This document shows, piece after piece, positions 11,436 through 22,793 of a stretch of 64,000 nucleotides of DNA. The translations under genes were made by a program, and so were the position numbers. Numbering within the stretch: position 1 is the stretch's first letter; the number at the start of each line of letters is the position of its first letter. Below the pieces are notes generated by a model. It worked only from the letters and a program-made list of their open reading frames with translations. It was not told the DNA's origin and made no database searches. The stretch lies in sequence record OQ076693; one strand, given 5' to 3'. This DNA comes from Escherichia phage PNJ-6.

Positions 11436-14400
11436 ATGGCCGACATCAAACGTAAGTTCAGAGCCGAAGACGGTCTGGACGCCGGTGGCGACAAGATTGT
11501 TAACGTAGCATTAGCCGACCGTACAGTAGGTACTGATGGCGTAAACGTTGACTTCCTGGTACAAGAAAACACCGTTCAAGTATATGATTCTACGCGTGGA
11601 TATAACAAAGGATTTGTTGTTCTTTATGACAACCGTTTATATCAAGCAATAAATGATATCGTGTCTCCTTCCGGGGCATTTAACCTTTTACAATGGCGTG
11701 CAGTTCGTACCGATGCACAATGGATAACTGTCGCTTCTGGGACTTATCAACTTTCTTCAGGTGAATCGATTTCGGTTAACACTGGTGCTGGCAATGATAT
11801 GGTTTTCACATTGCCAAATGCGCCGGTTGATGGTGATACTGTTGTTTTGGCTGATATTGGTGGAAGAACCGGGACAGTTAAAGTACAGATTAACGCGTCT
11901 GTGCAGAGTATTTTAAACTTTAGAGGTGAACAAGTTCGTACAGTTTTAATGACGCGACCACGTTCACAACTAGTGTTTGTGTTTAGTAATCGTTTGTGGC
12001 AGATGTATATCATTGATTACGGTAAAGAATCAATCACTGTTACACCTGCGACACCATACCAAGCACAAGCAAATGATTTTATCGTTCGTCGTTTTACTAG
12101 TGCAGCACCAATCAACATTACACTTCCACGTAATGCTAACAATGGTGATATAATCAGCCTAGTCGATTTAGATAGATTAAACCCACTGTATCATACAATT
12201 GTTAAAACATTTGATGATACAACGTCTATTGGTGAAGTCGGGACTCATATTGCCGAAGGCAGAAATGACTCTGACGCGTTTTTTGTTTTTGATGCTGCAA
12301 ATAGTTTATGGCGTATATGGGAAGGCGACCAGAAATCGCGTCTTCGTATTATCCGTGCGGATTCAAATATTCGTCCAAATGAAGAAGTTCTTATTTTTGG
12401 CACAAATAACGCTACAGCCGGAACTATTAATCTTACGCTGCCTACTGGAATTTTGAGTGGTGACACTGTTAAAATTTCAATGAACTACATGCGTAAAGGC
12501 CAAACAGTAAAAATTAAAGCTGCCGAAGGTGATACAATTGCTTCTTCTATTGCGTTGCTTCAGTTCCCTAAACGTTCTGAATATCCACCTGATGCTCAAT
12601 GGGTCTCTGTTACTGAACTAGAATTCAATGGCACTACTTCATATGTTCCTGTATTAGAATTAGCGTATATCGAAGACACCGATTCTGACACTCATTATTG
12701 GGTTGTGCAACAGAATGTCCCTACGGTAGAACGTGTTGATGCTGGAACTGATGCTACACGAGCTCGTTTAGGTGTTATTGCTCTTGCTACTCAAGCGCAA
12801 GCAAATGTTGATTTAGAGAATACTCCAGCTAAAGAAGTTGCTATTACTCCTGAAACGTTGGCAAATCGTACAGCAACTGAAGCTCGACGTGGTATCGCTA
12901 AAATTGCTACAACAGCACAAGTTAACCAGAATTCCACAGCATCATTTGTGGACGATACTATTGTTACGCCTAAAAAACTAAATGAGCGTACAGCAACTGA
13001 AACTCGTCGTGGTCTTGCTGAAATTGCTACTCAGGCTGAAACCGATGCTGGTCTTGATGACACAACGATTATTACACCTAAGAAATTGCAGGCACGTCAG
13101 GGCTCTGAAACGCTGTCTGGTATAGTTAAATATGTATCGACTACTTCTGCTACTCCTGCTGAAACTCGTGGGGCTGCAGGCACTAATGTTTATAATAAAA
13201 CCGTAAATAATTTAACTATTTCTCCTAAAGCCCTTGACCAATATAAAGCAACTTACGCCCAACAAGGTGCAGTAATTTTAGCTATTGATAGTGAAGTAAT
13301 TGCTGGACAATCTCAGTCTGGATACTCTCATGCTGTAGTAACTCCTGAAACACTACATAAGAAAACTTCTACTGATGGACGTATTGGTTTAATTGAAATT
13401 GCTACGCAAACAGAAACTAATGCTGGGACTGATTATACACGTGCAGTAACGCCTAAGACGTTAAATGATAGGAAAGCTACGGAAGGATTATCCGGCATAG
13501 CCGAAATTGCTACGCAAGTTGAATTTGATACTGGAACTGATGATACTCGTATCTCAACTCCACTGAAAATTAAAACTCATTTTGATTCTTCTGACCGTAC
13601 CAGTGTTAATTCTGATTCCGGACTTATTGAAGAAGGAACCTTGTGGAACCATTATACTCTTGATATTTCTAAAGCAAATGAAACACAACGTGGTACACTT
13701 CGCGTAGCGACCCAGGCAGAATCTAATGCAGGAACTTTAGATGATGTTCTTATTACTCCTAAAAAGCTTTTAGGGACTAAGTCCACTGAAACGTCTGAAG
13801 GTGTAATCAAGGTTGCTACTCAGGCTGAAACTGTGACTGGAACGTCAGCGAACACTGCTGTATCTCCTAAGAATTTAAAATGGATTGTCCAGAACGAACC
13901 AACATGGGCTGCTACTACAGCAATTCGCGGATTCGTTAAAACTTCATCCGGTTCTATTACATTCGTTGGTAATGATACAGTCGGTTCTACACAAAACTTA
14001 GAGCTATACGAGAAAAATAGCTATGCAGTATCACCGTATGAATTAAACCGTGTATTAGCAAATTACTTGCCATTAAAAGCAAAAGCTGCTGACGCAAATT
14101 TATTAGATGGTCTAGATTCATCTCAGTTCATTCGTAGGGACATTGCACAGACGGTTAATGGTTCACTAACCTTAACCCAACAAACGAATCTGAGTGCCCC
14201 TCTTGTATCATCTAGTACTGCTACGTTTGGCGGTTCAGTTTCGGCAAATAGTACATTAACTATTTCTAATACAGGTGCTTCAACTCGCTTAATATTTGAA
14301 AAAGGTCCACAAACTGGAAACAACCCTGCTCAGGCGATGAATATCCGTGTATGGGGTAACCAATTCGCCGGCGGTTCTGATACATCTCGTGCTACGATAT

Positions 14401-15311
14401 TTGAAGTTGGTGATGAAACATCTAACCACTTTTATTCACAACGGGATAACCTTGGTAATATTACTTTCAGCATCAACGGTACAGTTCGGCCGATTAATGT
14501 TAATGCATCCGGAACATTGAATGCTAATGGTGCGGCAACATTTGGACGTTCGGTGACAGCACAGGGTGAATTTATAACCTATAGTGCAAACGCATTCAGA
14601 GCAATTAGTGGTGATTACGGATTCTTTATTCGTAATGATGCTGCTAATACCTATTTTATGCTTACTGCATCAGGTGATCAGACTGGCGGATTTAATGGAT
14701 TACGTCCTTTAGCTATTAATAATGCATCCGGCCAAGTAACGATTGGTGAAGGCTTAATCATTGCCAAAGGTGCTACTATAAATTCAGGTGGTTTAACTGT
14801 TAACTCGAGAATTCGTTCTCAGGGTTCTAAAACTGCTGATTTATACACTCGTGCTCCTACTGCTGATACAGTCGGATTCTGGTCAATCGATATTAACGAT
14901 TCAGCCACTTATAACCAGTTCCCAGGTTATTTTAAAATGGTTGAAAAAACTAATGAAGTGACTGGGCTTCCATACTTAGAACGTGGCGAAGAAGTTAAAT
15001 CTCCTGGTACACTGACTCAGTTTGGTAACACACTTGATTCACTTTACCAAGATTGGATTACTTATCCAACAACTCCAGAAGCACGTACAACCCGTTGGAC
15101 ACGTACATGGCAGAAAACTAAAAATTCTTGGTCGAGTTTTGTTCAGGTATTTGATGGTGGAAACCCTCCTCAACCTTCTGATATTGGCGCTTTACCTTCT
15201 GATAATGCAACAATCGGAAACTTGACAATAAGGGATTTCTTAAGGATTGGTAATGTCCGCATTATTCCAGATCCTGTGAATAAATCTGTTAAATTCGAGT
15301 GGATTGAATAA
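11436..15311 (+). CDS. 34: long tail fibre proximal subunit gp34
   Basis: 1291-aa ORF on the late strand; late promoter TATAAATA at 11398-11405; first of the 34-35-36-37-38 block. Confidence 0.9.
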   Translation: MADIKRKFRAEDGLDAGGDKIVNVALADRTVGTDGVNVDFLVQENTVQVYDSTRGYNKGFVVLYDNRLYQAINDIVSPSGAFNLLQWRAVRTDAQWITVASGTYQLSSGESISVNTGAGNDMVFTLPNAPVDGDTVVLADIGGRTGTVKVQINASVQSILNFRGEQVRTVLMTRPRSQLVFVFSNRLWQMYIIDYGKESITVTPATPYQAQANDFIVRRFTSAAPINITLPRNANNGDIISLVDLDRLNPLYHTIVKTFDDTTSIGEVGTHIAEGRNDSDAFFVFDAANSLWRIWEGDQKSRLRIIRADSNIRPNEEVLIFGTNNATAGTINLTLPTGILSGDTVKISMNYMRKGQTVKIKAAEGDTIASSIALLQFPKRSEYPPDAQWVSVTELEFNGTTSYVPVLELAYIEDTDSDTHYWVVQQNVPTVERVDAGTDATRARLGVIALATQAQANVDLENTPAKEVAITPETLANRTATEARRGIAKIATTAQVNQNSTASFVDDTIVTPKKLNERTATETRRGLAEIATQAETDAGLDDTTIITPKKLQARQGSETLSGIVKYVSTTSATPAETRGAAGTNVYNKTVNNLTISPKALDQYKATYAQQGAVILAIDSEVIAGQSQSGYSHAVVTPETLHKKTSTDGRIGLIEIATQTETNAGTDYTRAVTPKTLNDRKATEGLSGIAEIATQVEFDTGTDDTRISTPLKIKTHFDSSDRTSVNSDSGLIEEGTLWNHYTLDISKANETQRGTLRVATQAESNAGTLDDVLITPKKLLGTKSTETSEGVIKVATQAETVTGTSANTAVSPKNLKWIVQNEPTWAATTAIRGFVKTSSGSITFVGNDTVGSTQNLELYEKNSYAVSPYELNRVLANYLPLKAKAADANLLDGLDSSQFIRRDIAQTVNGSLTLTQQTNLSAPLVSSSTATFGGSVSANSTLTISNTGASTRLIFEKGPQTGNNPAQAMNIRVWGNQFAGGSDTSRATIFEVGDETSNHFYSQRDNLGNITFSINGTVRPINVNASGTLNANGAATFGRSVTAQGEFITYSANAFRAISGDYGFFIRNDAANTYFMLTASGDQTGGFNGLRPLAINNASGQVTIGEGLIIAKGATINSGGLTVNSRIRSQGSKTADLYTRAPTADTVGFWSIDINDSATYNQFPGYFKMVEKTNEVTGLPYLERGEEVKSPGTLTQFGNTLDSLYQDWITYPTTPEARTTRWTRTWQKTKNSWSSFVQVFDGGNPPQPSDIGALPSDNATIGNLTIRDFLRIGNVRIIPDPVNKSVKFEWIE

Positions 15312-15319
15312 GAGGTATT

Positions 15320-16447
15320 ATGGAAAAATTTATGGCTAAGTTTGGACAAGGATACGTCCAAACGCCATTTTTATCGGAAAGCAATTCAGTACGATTTAAA
15401 TTAAGCATAGCGGGCTCTTGTCCGCTATCAACGTCTCCTACTTATATTAAGTTCCAGGATAATCCACTTGGGTCCCAGGTTTTTTCCGTTGGATTAAACG
15501 TTCGTGTAATAAATCCTACAACAGGTGCAGTAGTTGAATCTAAGTCATATAATTTCTCTACTGAAAACGACGCCACGTCAAGTGCATTTGTTACTTTCAT
15601 GGACACATATGCTTCAAATTTTATATTTGCTCTTGTTACTAACGCTAAAACGAACTTTCCACCCGAAGTTCTCGCATGGTTTACTAAAGCTGGGAGTTCT
15701 GCTATTCCATTAGCTCAACAAGTTTTAAATATAGTGGACATTTCTTATTCTGCATTTTATATTTCTGGTAAGAATGCTATAGCGCTAGAACATATTAAGT
15801 ATAGTAATAAGAAAACTTCAACCGACTATAGTACACCACTTGATGTTGTGTACGACACGATCGATGATATTGGTGCTACCGGCTTCCCTAGTCGTACGTA
15901 CGAATCGACAGACACATTTTTATCTGCTGTTGGAGGTACTAATAATGAAATTAAAAGGATGCCTACAACGTCCCTTATTACACCTCTCGCTGGGTATAAA
16001 TTGAAGCCTGGAGATTTCCTTTATATGAAATTCCAACTAATGGCTGATGCCGATTTGTTAGCACAAGGGACGACACGACTTTCTATTCGTTTCTTTAAAT
16101 CTCCTTCTACTTCACCTATTTCATTTAAGGATACAAACTTTGATGGGGCTGCAGGTGAATGGAAGATATATGAAGACTACATAGAAATTCCTGCTGGTGC
16201 TGACGGGTTCACGATTTATTGTTATCGTACAGCTCCAGTCGGGCAAGGTGGATTAAGAAACGTTATATTCACTGAAGTATCATGTAATGGAAGCGTTTCA
16301 AAACCTGCTGAGTTTGGTGTAAATGGTATTCGTGTAAATTATGTTTCAGAATCTTTAAGTGCCCCAGACATAATGACATTACCTACTCAATCTTCAACTG
16401 ATACTGGTAAGGTATTTGGACAAGAATTTAAAGAAGCATCGGAATAA
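15320..16447 (+). CDS. 35: long tail fibre hinge protein gp35
   Basis: 375-aa ORF directly after 34 with SD AAGAGG; size and position as T4 gp35. Confidence 0.82.
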   Translation: MEKFMAKFGQGYVQTPFLSESNSVRFKLSIAGSCPLSTSPTYIKFQDNPLGSQVFSVGLNVRVINPTTGAVVESKSYNFSTENDATSSAFVTFMDTYASNFIFALVTNAKTNFPPEVLAWFTKAGSSAIPLAQQVLNIVDISYSAFYISGKNAIALEHIKYSNKKTSTDYSTPLDVVYDTIDDIGATGFPSRTYESTDTFLSAVGGTNNEIKRMPTTSLITPLAGYKLKPGDFLYMKFQLMADADLLAQGTTRLSIRFFKSPSTSPISFKDTNFDGAAGEWKIYEDYIEIPAGADGFTIYCYRTAPVGQGGLRNVIFTEVSCNGSVSKPAEFGVNGIRVNYVSESLSAPDIMTLPTQSSTDTGKVFGQEFKEASE

Positions 16448-16452
16448 ATTTA

Positions 16453-16470
16453 GGGAGACTTCGGTCTCCC
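16453..16470 (+). terminator. intrinsic terminator after gene 35
   Basis: GGGAGAC-TTCG-GTCTCCC followed by ATTTTTG. Confidence 0.65.
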
Positions 16471-16477
16471 ATTTTTG

Positions 16478-16485
16478 TATAAATA
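16478..16485 (+). promoter_or_regulatory. late promoter (TATAAATA) for gene 36
   Basis: Exact TATAAATA 25 nt upstream of the gene 36 ATG, just after the gene 35 terminator. Confidence 0.6.
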
Positions 16486-16509
16486 TGGTATACATATAAG
16501 GAGACAACT

Positions 16510-17175
16510 ATGGCCGATTTAAAAGCTGGTAGTACAACTGGCGGTGCTGTCATATGGCATCAAGGTAATTTCCCTTTAATGCCAGCAGGTGATGACGTCC
16601 TGTATAAAACGTTTAAACTCTATTCAGAATATAATAAACCACAAGCTGCTGATAACGATTTCGTTTCTAAAGCTAACGGTGGTACGTATGCCGCTCGAGT
16701 AACATTTAATAATGGTGTGCAAGTACCTTATGCCGTAAATAACACAAATCAAAGTGGTATTTATCCTGGCAATGGCGATGCTGCTACTTTTGATACAGCA
16801 AATATTGATATTGTTTCATGGTATGGCATTGGTTTTAAATCATCACAAGGATCTGCAGGTAGAACTGTTGTTGTTAACACTCGTACTGGTGATATCAGCA
16901 CTAAAGGTGGTATTTATGCAACTGGTCCTGTCCGTTCTAACGCTACTGCTCCTGTAGCAGCGAATGACCTTACTAGAAAGGACTATGTTGATGGACGAAT
17001 AAATATTGTTACGGATAACGCAAATTCCCGTGTATTGCGTAAAGGCGACACCATGACTGGTACTTTAACAGCACCAAACTTTTTCTCACAGAATCCGGCA
17101 TCCGAGGCTAATCATGTTCCTCGTTTCGACCAGATTGTAATTAAAGATTCTGTTCAAGATTTCGGCTATTATTAA
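16510..17175 (+). CDS. 36: long tail fibre distal connector gp36
   Basis: 221-aa ORF; terminator hairpin and late promoter upstream; position between 35 and 37. Confidence 0.82.
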   Translation: MADLKAGSTTGGAVIWHQGNFPLMPAGDDVLYKTFKLYSEYNKPQAADNDFVSKANGGTYAARVTFNNGVQVPYAVNNTNQSGIYPGNGDAATFDTANIDIVSWYGIGFKSSQGSAGRTVVVNTRTGDISTKGGIYATGPVRSNATAPVAANDLTRKDYVDGRINIVTDNANSRVLRKGDTMTGTLTAPNFFSQNPASEANHVPRFDQIVIKDSVQDFGYY

Positions 17176-17183
17176 GAGGACTT

Positions 17184-20100
17184 ATGGCTACATTAAAACA
17201 GATACAATTTAAAAGAAGCAAAGTAGCAGGAGTTAATCCTACTGCAGCACAATTAGCCGAAGGCGAATTAGCGATAAACTTAAAAGATCGAACTCTTTTT
17301 ACTAAAGATGACCTCGGTAATATTATTAGCCTAGGCTTTGCTAAGGGCGGGGATATTAACGGTAATGTAACTCAAAATGGTGGTTATTTACAAAACGGCA
17401 CATTTAACCTCAATGGTAATATGTTCGTTTACGCTGGTAAGTATATTGAATTTTTACCTAAAACCGCTGGAAATGGTGCATGGGCCAACCAACATTTGAA
17501 TAAAGCCCCTATCTTTACAGATTTAAGTTCAACTACTTCTGTTTCAGAATACCATCCGCTGATTAAACAACGCTATAAAGATGGAACTTTTTCTGCTGGT
17601 ACATTAGTAAACGAAGGTAGTTTTAAATTCCATTATATTGATGAAACCGGGACTTCAAAATACTGGACTTTTAATCGAAACGGTAATTTTCAAGTTGATT
17701 CCGGAAGTTTATTAGTATCTAATGGATATTTAGTTACTCAAAGTAATATTGAAACTAAAGCTGGTTCTTTAATTGGTCCTAAAGTTATTACCAAAAATAT
17801 CAATGTGAGCACTAAATCTTGGGACACTAATATTGATACTGCATATGATTTAGTTTCATTACCGACTTGGCAGTATACTCCAACCGAAACGGATTTGGAT
17901 ACTAATGGTATAAACTACCTTCGTAAATTCCGCGGACATGTTTCTTCTGCTATTTTCCATGAAGTTGCTGATGCTCGTTCAGGTAAACCACAGAATATTT
18001 CGTATTGGACGGGGCGTAATGCTGAAGTTTATCAATGGTCTTATACCACAGATGGGCGTATGTCTGTTGCTAATTCGATAGGTATAGGTCTTGCTGATGT
18101 TGGTGACCAAGGACGTTATCCATTGGTTTCGTTTGGTAAAGGTATTGCAATTGGTGACAATGATACTGGTATTAAATGGGTTCGTGACGGGGTTATCGAT
18201 TTAGTTGCGAATGGTATTTCTGCCGGCACTATTCTTAATAATGGTATTAACAGTACTAAAAAATTGATGGTTGGTTATAGTCGAGATTCTGGTTCTACTT
18301 GGGATTACCCAAATAACAACCAAGCAATGTTTACTGCGCGTACCGATGTTGATGGTAATAATAACGGTGACGGTCAGACTCATATCGGTTATAACAGTAA
18401 TTCTAAAATGTATCACTATTTCCGTGGTACAGGTCGTATGGCTGTTGGTATGTCCCAAGGTCTCCTTGTTGAACCAGGAATTTTAGATATTAGCACTGGT
18501 TCAAATACATTAAGTTTGCGTGCTGATGGTACCGTCGCTTCTGTTCAAACATTAAAGCTTAATAATGGATTATATTTTAATGGTGATGGAACTAATGCTT
18601 CTCTAGTTTTTAAAGCAGCTTCAGGTATTGACGGCACTAAGCAAATCATGTGGGAAGGCGGTACTCGAGCAGGTCAGAATAAGAGTTATGTAACTGTTAA
18701 AGCATGGGGTAATTCATTTAACGTATCCGGCGATCGTAATCGTGAAACAGTTTTTGAAGTAGCTGACGGACAAGGATATTATTTTTATTCTCAGCGCGTA
18801 GCTCCAACCGGTTCAGAAACTGTGGGACCTGTTGTAACACAAATTAATGGACAACTGAATGCAAGAGGGAGCATTATCACCGATGGAAGTCTTAGAGTTA
18901 ATGGATTAAGTACATTATCCGGACAAGTTACTATGGATAACGGGCTTGTTTTATCCGGTGGTGGTTCTATTACCGGTCAAGTTAAAATCGGTAATACCGC
19001 AGATGCTTTCCGTATTTACAATGCTGAATATGGAGCTATTTTCCGTCGTTCTGAAGCGTCTTTGCATATTATACCTACACTTAAAGATGCAGGTGAAAGT
19101 GGTGGAATAAGTAATCTCCGCCCGCTTAGTATTAGCCTTAATAATGGTATGGTGCAAATGCGTCATTCTGTTACGTTAGGCGATGATGGTGCTGGTGGTA
19201 ATATGATTACTGTGGACAACGATAACAAACTTGTTGTTGTTACTAGTAATAGTCGCATTTCTCCTAATTTCAGAATGCAGATAGGTCAGTCGGTGTACAT
19301 CGATGCAGAATGTACTGATGCTGTTCGCCCAGCCGGAGCGGGTTCATTTGCTTCCCAGAATAATGAAAACGTTCGTGCTCCTTTCTATATGAATATTGAT
19401 AGAACAGATACAAGCACTTATGTTCCTATTGTGAAACAAAGATACGTTCAAAATAATAGTTGCTATTCTATTGGTACTTTAATTAATGGTGGTAACTTTA
19501 GAGTTCATTATCACGAAGGTGGCGATGGCGTTTCTACTGGCGCAATTATAAAGGATTTAGGTTGGGAATTTAATAAAAACGGTGATTTTTACTCTCCTGG
19601 TAAATTAGGCGCTGGTAATGTTCGTATTGGTACTGATGGTAATATCACTGGTGGTTCTGGTAATTTTGCTAACTTGAATACCACAATAAATAACCTTAAG
19701 ACGGATATTGTCTCAAGTTATCCAATTGGTGCTCCGATTCCTTGGCCTACTGATACACCTCCTGAAGGTTATGCCATAATGGAAGGTCAAACATTTGATG
19801 CTGGCTTGTATCCTAAGTTAGCTGCAGTGTATCCTTCCGGCTCTCTGCCTGATATGCGTGGTCAAACTATCAAGGGTAAACCATCTGGGCGTGCTGTATT
19901 AAGTACAGAAGCAGACGGTGTTAAGTCACATAGCCATAGTGCAAGTGCATCAAGCACAGATTTAGGTACTAAGACCACTTCTAGTTTTGATTACGGTAGC
20001 AAAACGACTTCAAGCTTTGATTATGGTACTAAGACCAGCAGTACTACTGGTAACCATAACCATACAGTAAGTGGGAACACCAGTTCAGCCGGTGCTCACC

Positions 20101-20474
20101 AGCACGCTCGTTCAGGTCCACAGGTCACTGCTGCATGGGCAGACGATTTGTTTAGAGACGGGGTTACTACGATAAGTGCAAACGCATATGCTAAACTTAA
20201 CTCAGGTATCACTGGTTCGACTTTAGCAACTAAGGTCGGTAAAACATCAAATGATGGCGCCCATACCCACTCTTGGTCTGGTACTACTAGCACCACAGGT
20301 AACCATGCCCATACCGTTGGTATTGGTGCTCATACGCATACTGTCGGTATTGGTGCTCATTCTCATACTGTTTCAATTGGTTCCCATGGCCATACAATAA
20401 CTGTAAATGCCACAGGAAATACAGAAAACACAGTTAAAAACGTTGCTTTTAACTATATCGTTCGTTTAGCATAA
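17184..20474 (+). CDS. 37: long tail fibre distal subunit gp37 (receptor-recognising tip)
   Basis: 1096-aa ORF; C-terminal His-rich HxH repeats ([29 protein letters not shown]) and 10-aa tandem repeats ([10 protein letters not shown]). Confidence 0.9.
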   Translation: MATLKQIQFKRSKVAGVNPTAAQLAEGELAINLKDRTLFTKDDLGNIISLGFAKGGDINGNVTQNGGYLQNGTFNLNGNMFVYAGKYIEFLPKTAGNGAWANQHLNKAPIFTDLSSTTSVSEYHPLIKQRYKDGTFSAGTLVNEGSFKFHYIDETGTSKYWTFNRNGNFQVDSGSLLVSNGYLVTQSNIETKAGSLIGPKVITKNINVSTKSWDTNIDTAYDLVSLPTWQYTPTETDLDTNGINYLRKFRGHVSSAIFHEVADARSGKPQNISYWTGRNAEVYQWSYTTDGRMSVANSIGIGLADVGDQGRYPLVSFGKGIAIGDNDTGIKWVRDGVIDLVANGISAGTILNNGINSTKKLMVGYSRDSGSTWDYPNNNQAMFTARTDVDGNNNGDGQTHIGYNSNSKMYHYFRGTGRMAVGMSQGLLVEPGILDISTGSNTLSLRADGTVASVQTLKLNNGLYFNGDGTNASLVFKAASGIDGTKQIMWEGGTRAGQNKSYVTVKAWGNSFNVSGDRNRETVFEVADGQGYYFYSQRVAPTGSETVGPVVTQINGQLNARGSIITDGSLRVNGLSTLSGQVTMDNGLVLSGGGSITGQVKIGNTADAFRIYNAEYGAIFRRSEASLHIIPTLKDAGESGGISNLRPLSISLNNGMVQMRHSVTLGDDGAGGNMITVDNDNKLVVVTSNSRISPNFRMQIGQSVYIDAECTDAVRPAGAGSFASQNNENVRAPFYMNIDRTDTSTYVPIVKQRYVQNNSCYSIGTLINGGNFRVHYHEGGDGVSTGAIIKDLGWEFNKNGDFYSPGKLGAGNVRIGTDGNITGGSGNFANLNTTINNLKTDIVSSYPIGAPIPWPTDTPPEGYAIMEGQTFDAGLYPKLAAVYPSGSLPDMRGQTIKGKPSGRAVLSTEADGVKSHSHSASASSTDLGTKTTSSFDYGSKTTSSFDYGTKTSSTTGNHNHTVSGNTSSAGAHQHARSGPQVTAAWADDLFRDGVTTISANAYAKLNSGITGSTLATKVGKTSNDGAHTHSWSGTTSTTGNHAHTVGIGAHTHTVGIGAHSHTVSIGSHGHTITVNATGNTENTVKNVAFNYIVRLA
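19965..20048 (+). repeat. tandem 30-nt coding repeats in the gp37 tip ([10 protein letters not shown] units)
   Basis: Units ggtactaagaccacttctagttttgattac / ggtagcaaaacgacttcaagctttgattat / partial third copy, in frame in gene 37. Confidence 0.7.
20299..20398 (+). repeat. tandem 27-nt His-rich coding repeats in the gp37 tip (G-x-H-x-H-T-V)
   Basis: Four units encoding [34 protein letters not shown]. Confidence 0.7.
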
Positions 20475-20480
20475 GGAGAA

Positions 20481-20498
20481 GGGACTTCTGTCCCTTTT
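20481..20498 (+). terminator. hairpin plus T-run between genes 37 and 38
   Basis: GGGAC-TTCT-GTCCC followed by TTTT, 6 nt after the gene 37 stop; gene 38 starts 10 nt later, so probably partial termination. Confidence 0.5.
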
Positions 20499-20503
20499 AT
20501 AAT

Positions 20504-21055
20504 ATGAAACTCTATCACTATTATTTTGACACTAAAGAATTTTACAAAGAAGAAAATTATAAACCATTAAAAGGCGTAGGATTTCCGGCTCATTCGACAC
20601 CAAAAAAACCTTTAGACCCTAAAGAAGGCTATGCTGTTGTATTTGACGAACGCGAACAAGAATGGGTATATGTTGAAGACCATCGTGGAAAAACAGTATG
20701 GACTTATGATAAGCAAAAAATTGTTATTGACACTCCAGGTGCTCTTCAAAATGTTACTACAGAAGAACCTGGTGAATTTGACATTTGGACCGACGACGGG
20801 TGGAAGGAAGATGAAGCGTATAAACGCGTAGTTCAACGTGATAGGAAAATTCATGAACTCTATAAATTATTCAGTGTTTTAAGTTCTCTTATTGACGCAG
20901 AGGTTGCTAATAGAGAAGAAAAACGAAAATTTAAAGAGCTCAAAAAATTCTTTGCCCTTTTAGAAAAACACGAACATCTTGGTGGTGAATTCCCTAAATT
21001 CCCTGACCTTGAAAACAAATCTATTTTCAAAGCGATTATAAATATCTTTAAGTAA
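20504..21055 (+). CDS. 38: tail fibre assembly chaperone gp38 (T4-type)
   Basis: 183-aa ORF immediately after 37; T4 gp38-like N-terminus (MKLYHYYFDTKEFYKEENYKP) and size. Confidence 0.85.
   Translation: MKLYHYYFDTKEFYKEENYKPLKGVGFPAHSTPKKPLDPKEGYAVVFDEREQEWVYVEDHRGKTVWTYDKQKIVIDTPGALQNVTTEEPGEFDIWTDDGWKEDEAYKRVVQRDRKIHELYKLFSVLSSLIDAEVANREEKRKFKELKKFFALLEKHEHLGGEFPKFPDLENKSIFKAIINIFK
21037..21044 (+). promoter_or_regulatory. late promoter (TATAAATA) for holin t
   Basis: Exact TATAAATA inside the 3' end of gene 38, 21 nt before the t ATG. Confidence 0.55.
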
Positions 21056-21064
21056 GGAGGTATT

Positions 21065-21724
21065 ATGGCAACACCAAAAGTGTCATTTTCACCTAGTGAT
21101 ATTCTATTTGGGTTGCTAGATCGTATTTTCAAAGATAACGCTACTGGAAAGGTTTTAATGTCACGAGTAGCGGTAATTATTCTTTTGTTCCTAATGGCAC
21201 TAATATGGTACAAAGGAAGTATTTTGCTGGATTATTACGTAAGAGCTAAGTATGATACTTATACTGAAATAATCCAAAAAGAACGAGCTTTACGTTTTGA
21301 ATCTGCGGCTCTAGAACAACTGCAAATAGTTCATATCTCATCTGGTGCAGATTTTAGTGCTGTGTATTCTTTCAGACCTAAAAACTTAAATTATTTTGTC
21401 GACCTTATAGCTTATGAAGGCAAACTACCTAGCACAATTTCTGAAAAGTCCCTTGGTGGATTCCCGGTGGATAAAACGGCCAATGAATATATAATTCATT
21501 TAAGTGGCCGTCATTTCTCATCTAAATCAGAATTTGCATTTTTGCCTACAAAATCTAAGACTGCCGAACTTTCTTATATGTATAGTTGTCCATACTTTAA
21601 TTTGGATAACATCTATGCTGGAACTGTGACGATGTATTGGTATAAGGGGAATAATATACTTGAGGAGGATCGCTTAGCGGCTATATGCAACCAAGCGGTC
21701 CGAATACTAGGAAGGGCTAAATAA
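21065..21724 (+). CDS. t: holin T
   Basis: 219-aa ORF; single N-terminal transmembrane segment (VAVIILLFLMALIWY) plus large C-terminal domain; late promoter at 21037-21044. Confidence 0.9.
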   Translation: MATPKVSFSPSDILFGLLDRIFKDNATGKVLMSRVAVIILLFLMALIWYKGSILLDYYVRAKYDTYTEIIQKERALRFESAALEQLQIVHISSGADFSAVYSFRPKNLNYFVDLIAYEGKLPSTISEKSLGGFPVDKTANEYIIHLSGRHFSSKSEFAFLPTKSKTAELSYMYSCPYFNLDNIYAGTVTMYWYKGNNILEEDRLAAICNQAVRILGRAK

Positions 21725-21997
21725 TTAGTTGTTAGAATACATCGCTAAATGACGATAAATATTTTCAAAACCTTCATTGAATTCACTAATCAGTGTTTTC
21801 TTTTCTTCGGCAGTTAAATTTGTAATTAGTTTTCTGAACGAATTCTGATTTAGCTGCCGACCATCTTTTTTAATTCCAATCTCATTCAAGAATCCGATGA
21901 AACTTGCTCGGTCTTCAACAATATCTTCCCTAGAGAATTTAATCAAAATAGAAGCAATAGTAATAATTTCACGTACGATTTCAATGTCTTTATTCAT
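21725..21997 (-). CDS. asiA: anti-sigma70 factor AsiA
   Basis: 90-aa ORF convergent with t; T4 AsiA-like sequence (REIITIASILIKFSREDIVE...). Confidence 0.88.
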   Translation of the reverse strand: MNKDIEIVREIITIASILIKFSREDIVEDRASFIGFLNEIGIKKDGRQLNQNSFRKLITNLTAEEKKTLISEFNEGFENIYRHLAMYSNN

Positions 21998-22043
21998 AAC
22001 GTTTTATTCATTCCACTTAGTTGATATGGATATAGTACCATTA

Positions 22044-22205
22044 TCAGTGTTGATTGTAAATGGCTTTTTCTACGCTTTTAACGTAATTGGTGTAGTCTTC
22101 CTGTTCGTACGAGTGTAAGGCCAAGAACGGAACTAATAGTTCATTATAGACTAAAGCCTCACGCTCACGTTCGGCCTCTACTACGTTCTGAAGATTATGA
22201 CTCAT
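22044..22205 (-). CDS. hypothetical protein
   Basis: ORF 22044..22259 trimmed to internal ATG (MSHNLQN...) to limit overlap with the upstream gene; asiA-motA interval. Confidence 0.35.
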   Translation of the reverse strand: MSHNLQNVVEAEREREALVYNELLVPFLALHSYEQEDYTNYVKSVEKAIYNQH

Positions 22206-22494
22206 ATCGTTCCTTATAACTATCAATATAGTCCTGTATGTCGAAGAACGACATTTCATATTCTAGGGCATTAAGAGCCCGTTCTTCAGTATAGTCAGAA
22301 CCAAAGACGATAGTGATTTCACCAGGCTTCATGTGATTGAAATCAACACTAAAAGGAATACGAGAACATACTTCGTCTGCCATATCTGCAACAACGCTAC
22401 GATATACTTCTCGGTTAACCTGATAAAGCTCTGCAAGTTCTTCGCATCGAATAACAAGTTCAGTTGCAGGATTTTCTTTGATTTTAGTAAGCAT
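22195..22494 (-). CDS. hypothetical protein
   Basis: ORF 22195..22581 trimmed to internal ATG (MLTKIKENPATEL...), about 100 aa. Confidence 0.4.
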   Translation of the reverse strand: MLTKIKENPATELVIRCEELAELYQVNREVYRSVVADMADEVCSRIPFSVDFNHMKPGEITIVFGSDYTEERALNALEYEMSFFDIQDYIDSYKERYES

Positions 22495-22577
22495 AGTCTT
22501 TACCCTTATGTTTTTGTTTACGTTTAGATTGAAGTTCTGATTTCTTCTTGTCCTTATGAACAGAAGCCTTATTGAAA

Positions 22578-22793
22578 TCATGTTTTGCTACAAGATTGTT
22601 CATAATGCTTTATAACCTCGTTTAAACATTTACTAGTGAAAGAAAACTTTTTAGCCACAGAACATTCGATAATGTGCTCTTTCAAATCTTTAGAGTCGGT
22701 ATACCCCATCTCAGTAATAAAGTGGCGAATTAACGCTTTATTCTTATCATTAACAGAATTAAAATAATCTGCTTTAGAATCAATTATTCTCAT
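22578..22793 (-). CDS. hypothetical protein
   Basis: 71-aa ORF; 4-nt overlap coupling with neighbours. Confidence 0.45.
   Translation of the reverse strand: MRIIDSKADYFNSVNDKNKALIRHFITEMGYTDSKDLKEHIIECSVAKKFSFTSKCLNEVIKHYEQSCSKT

Noticed and set aside
16754-16957. Leu-rich ORF in an alternative frame of gene 36
   Set aside because: Same strand but different frame inside gp36; low-complexity poly-Leu translation typical of a frame artefact.
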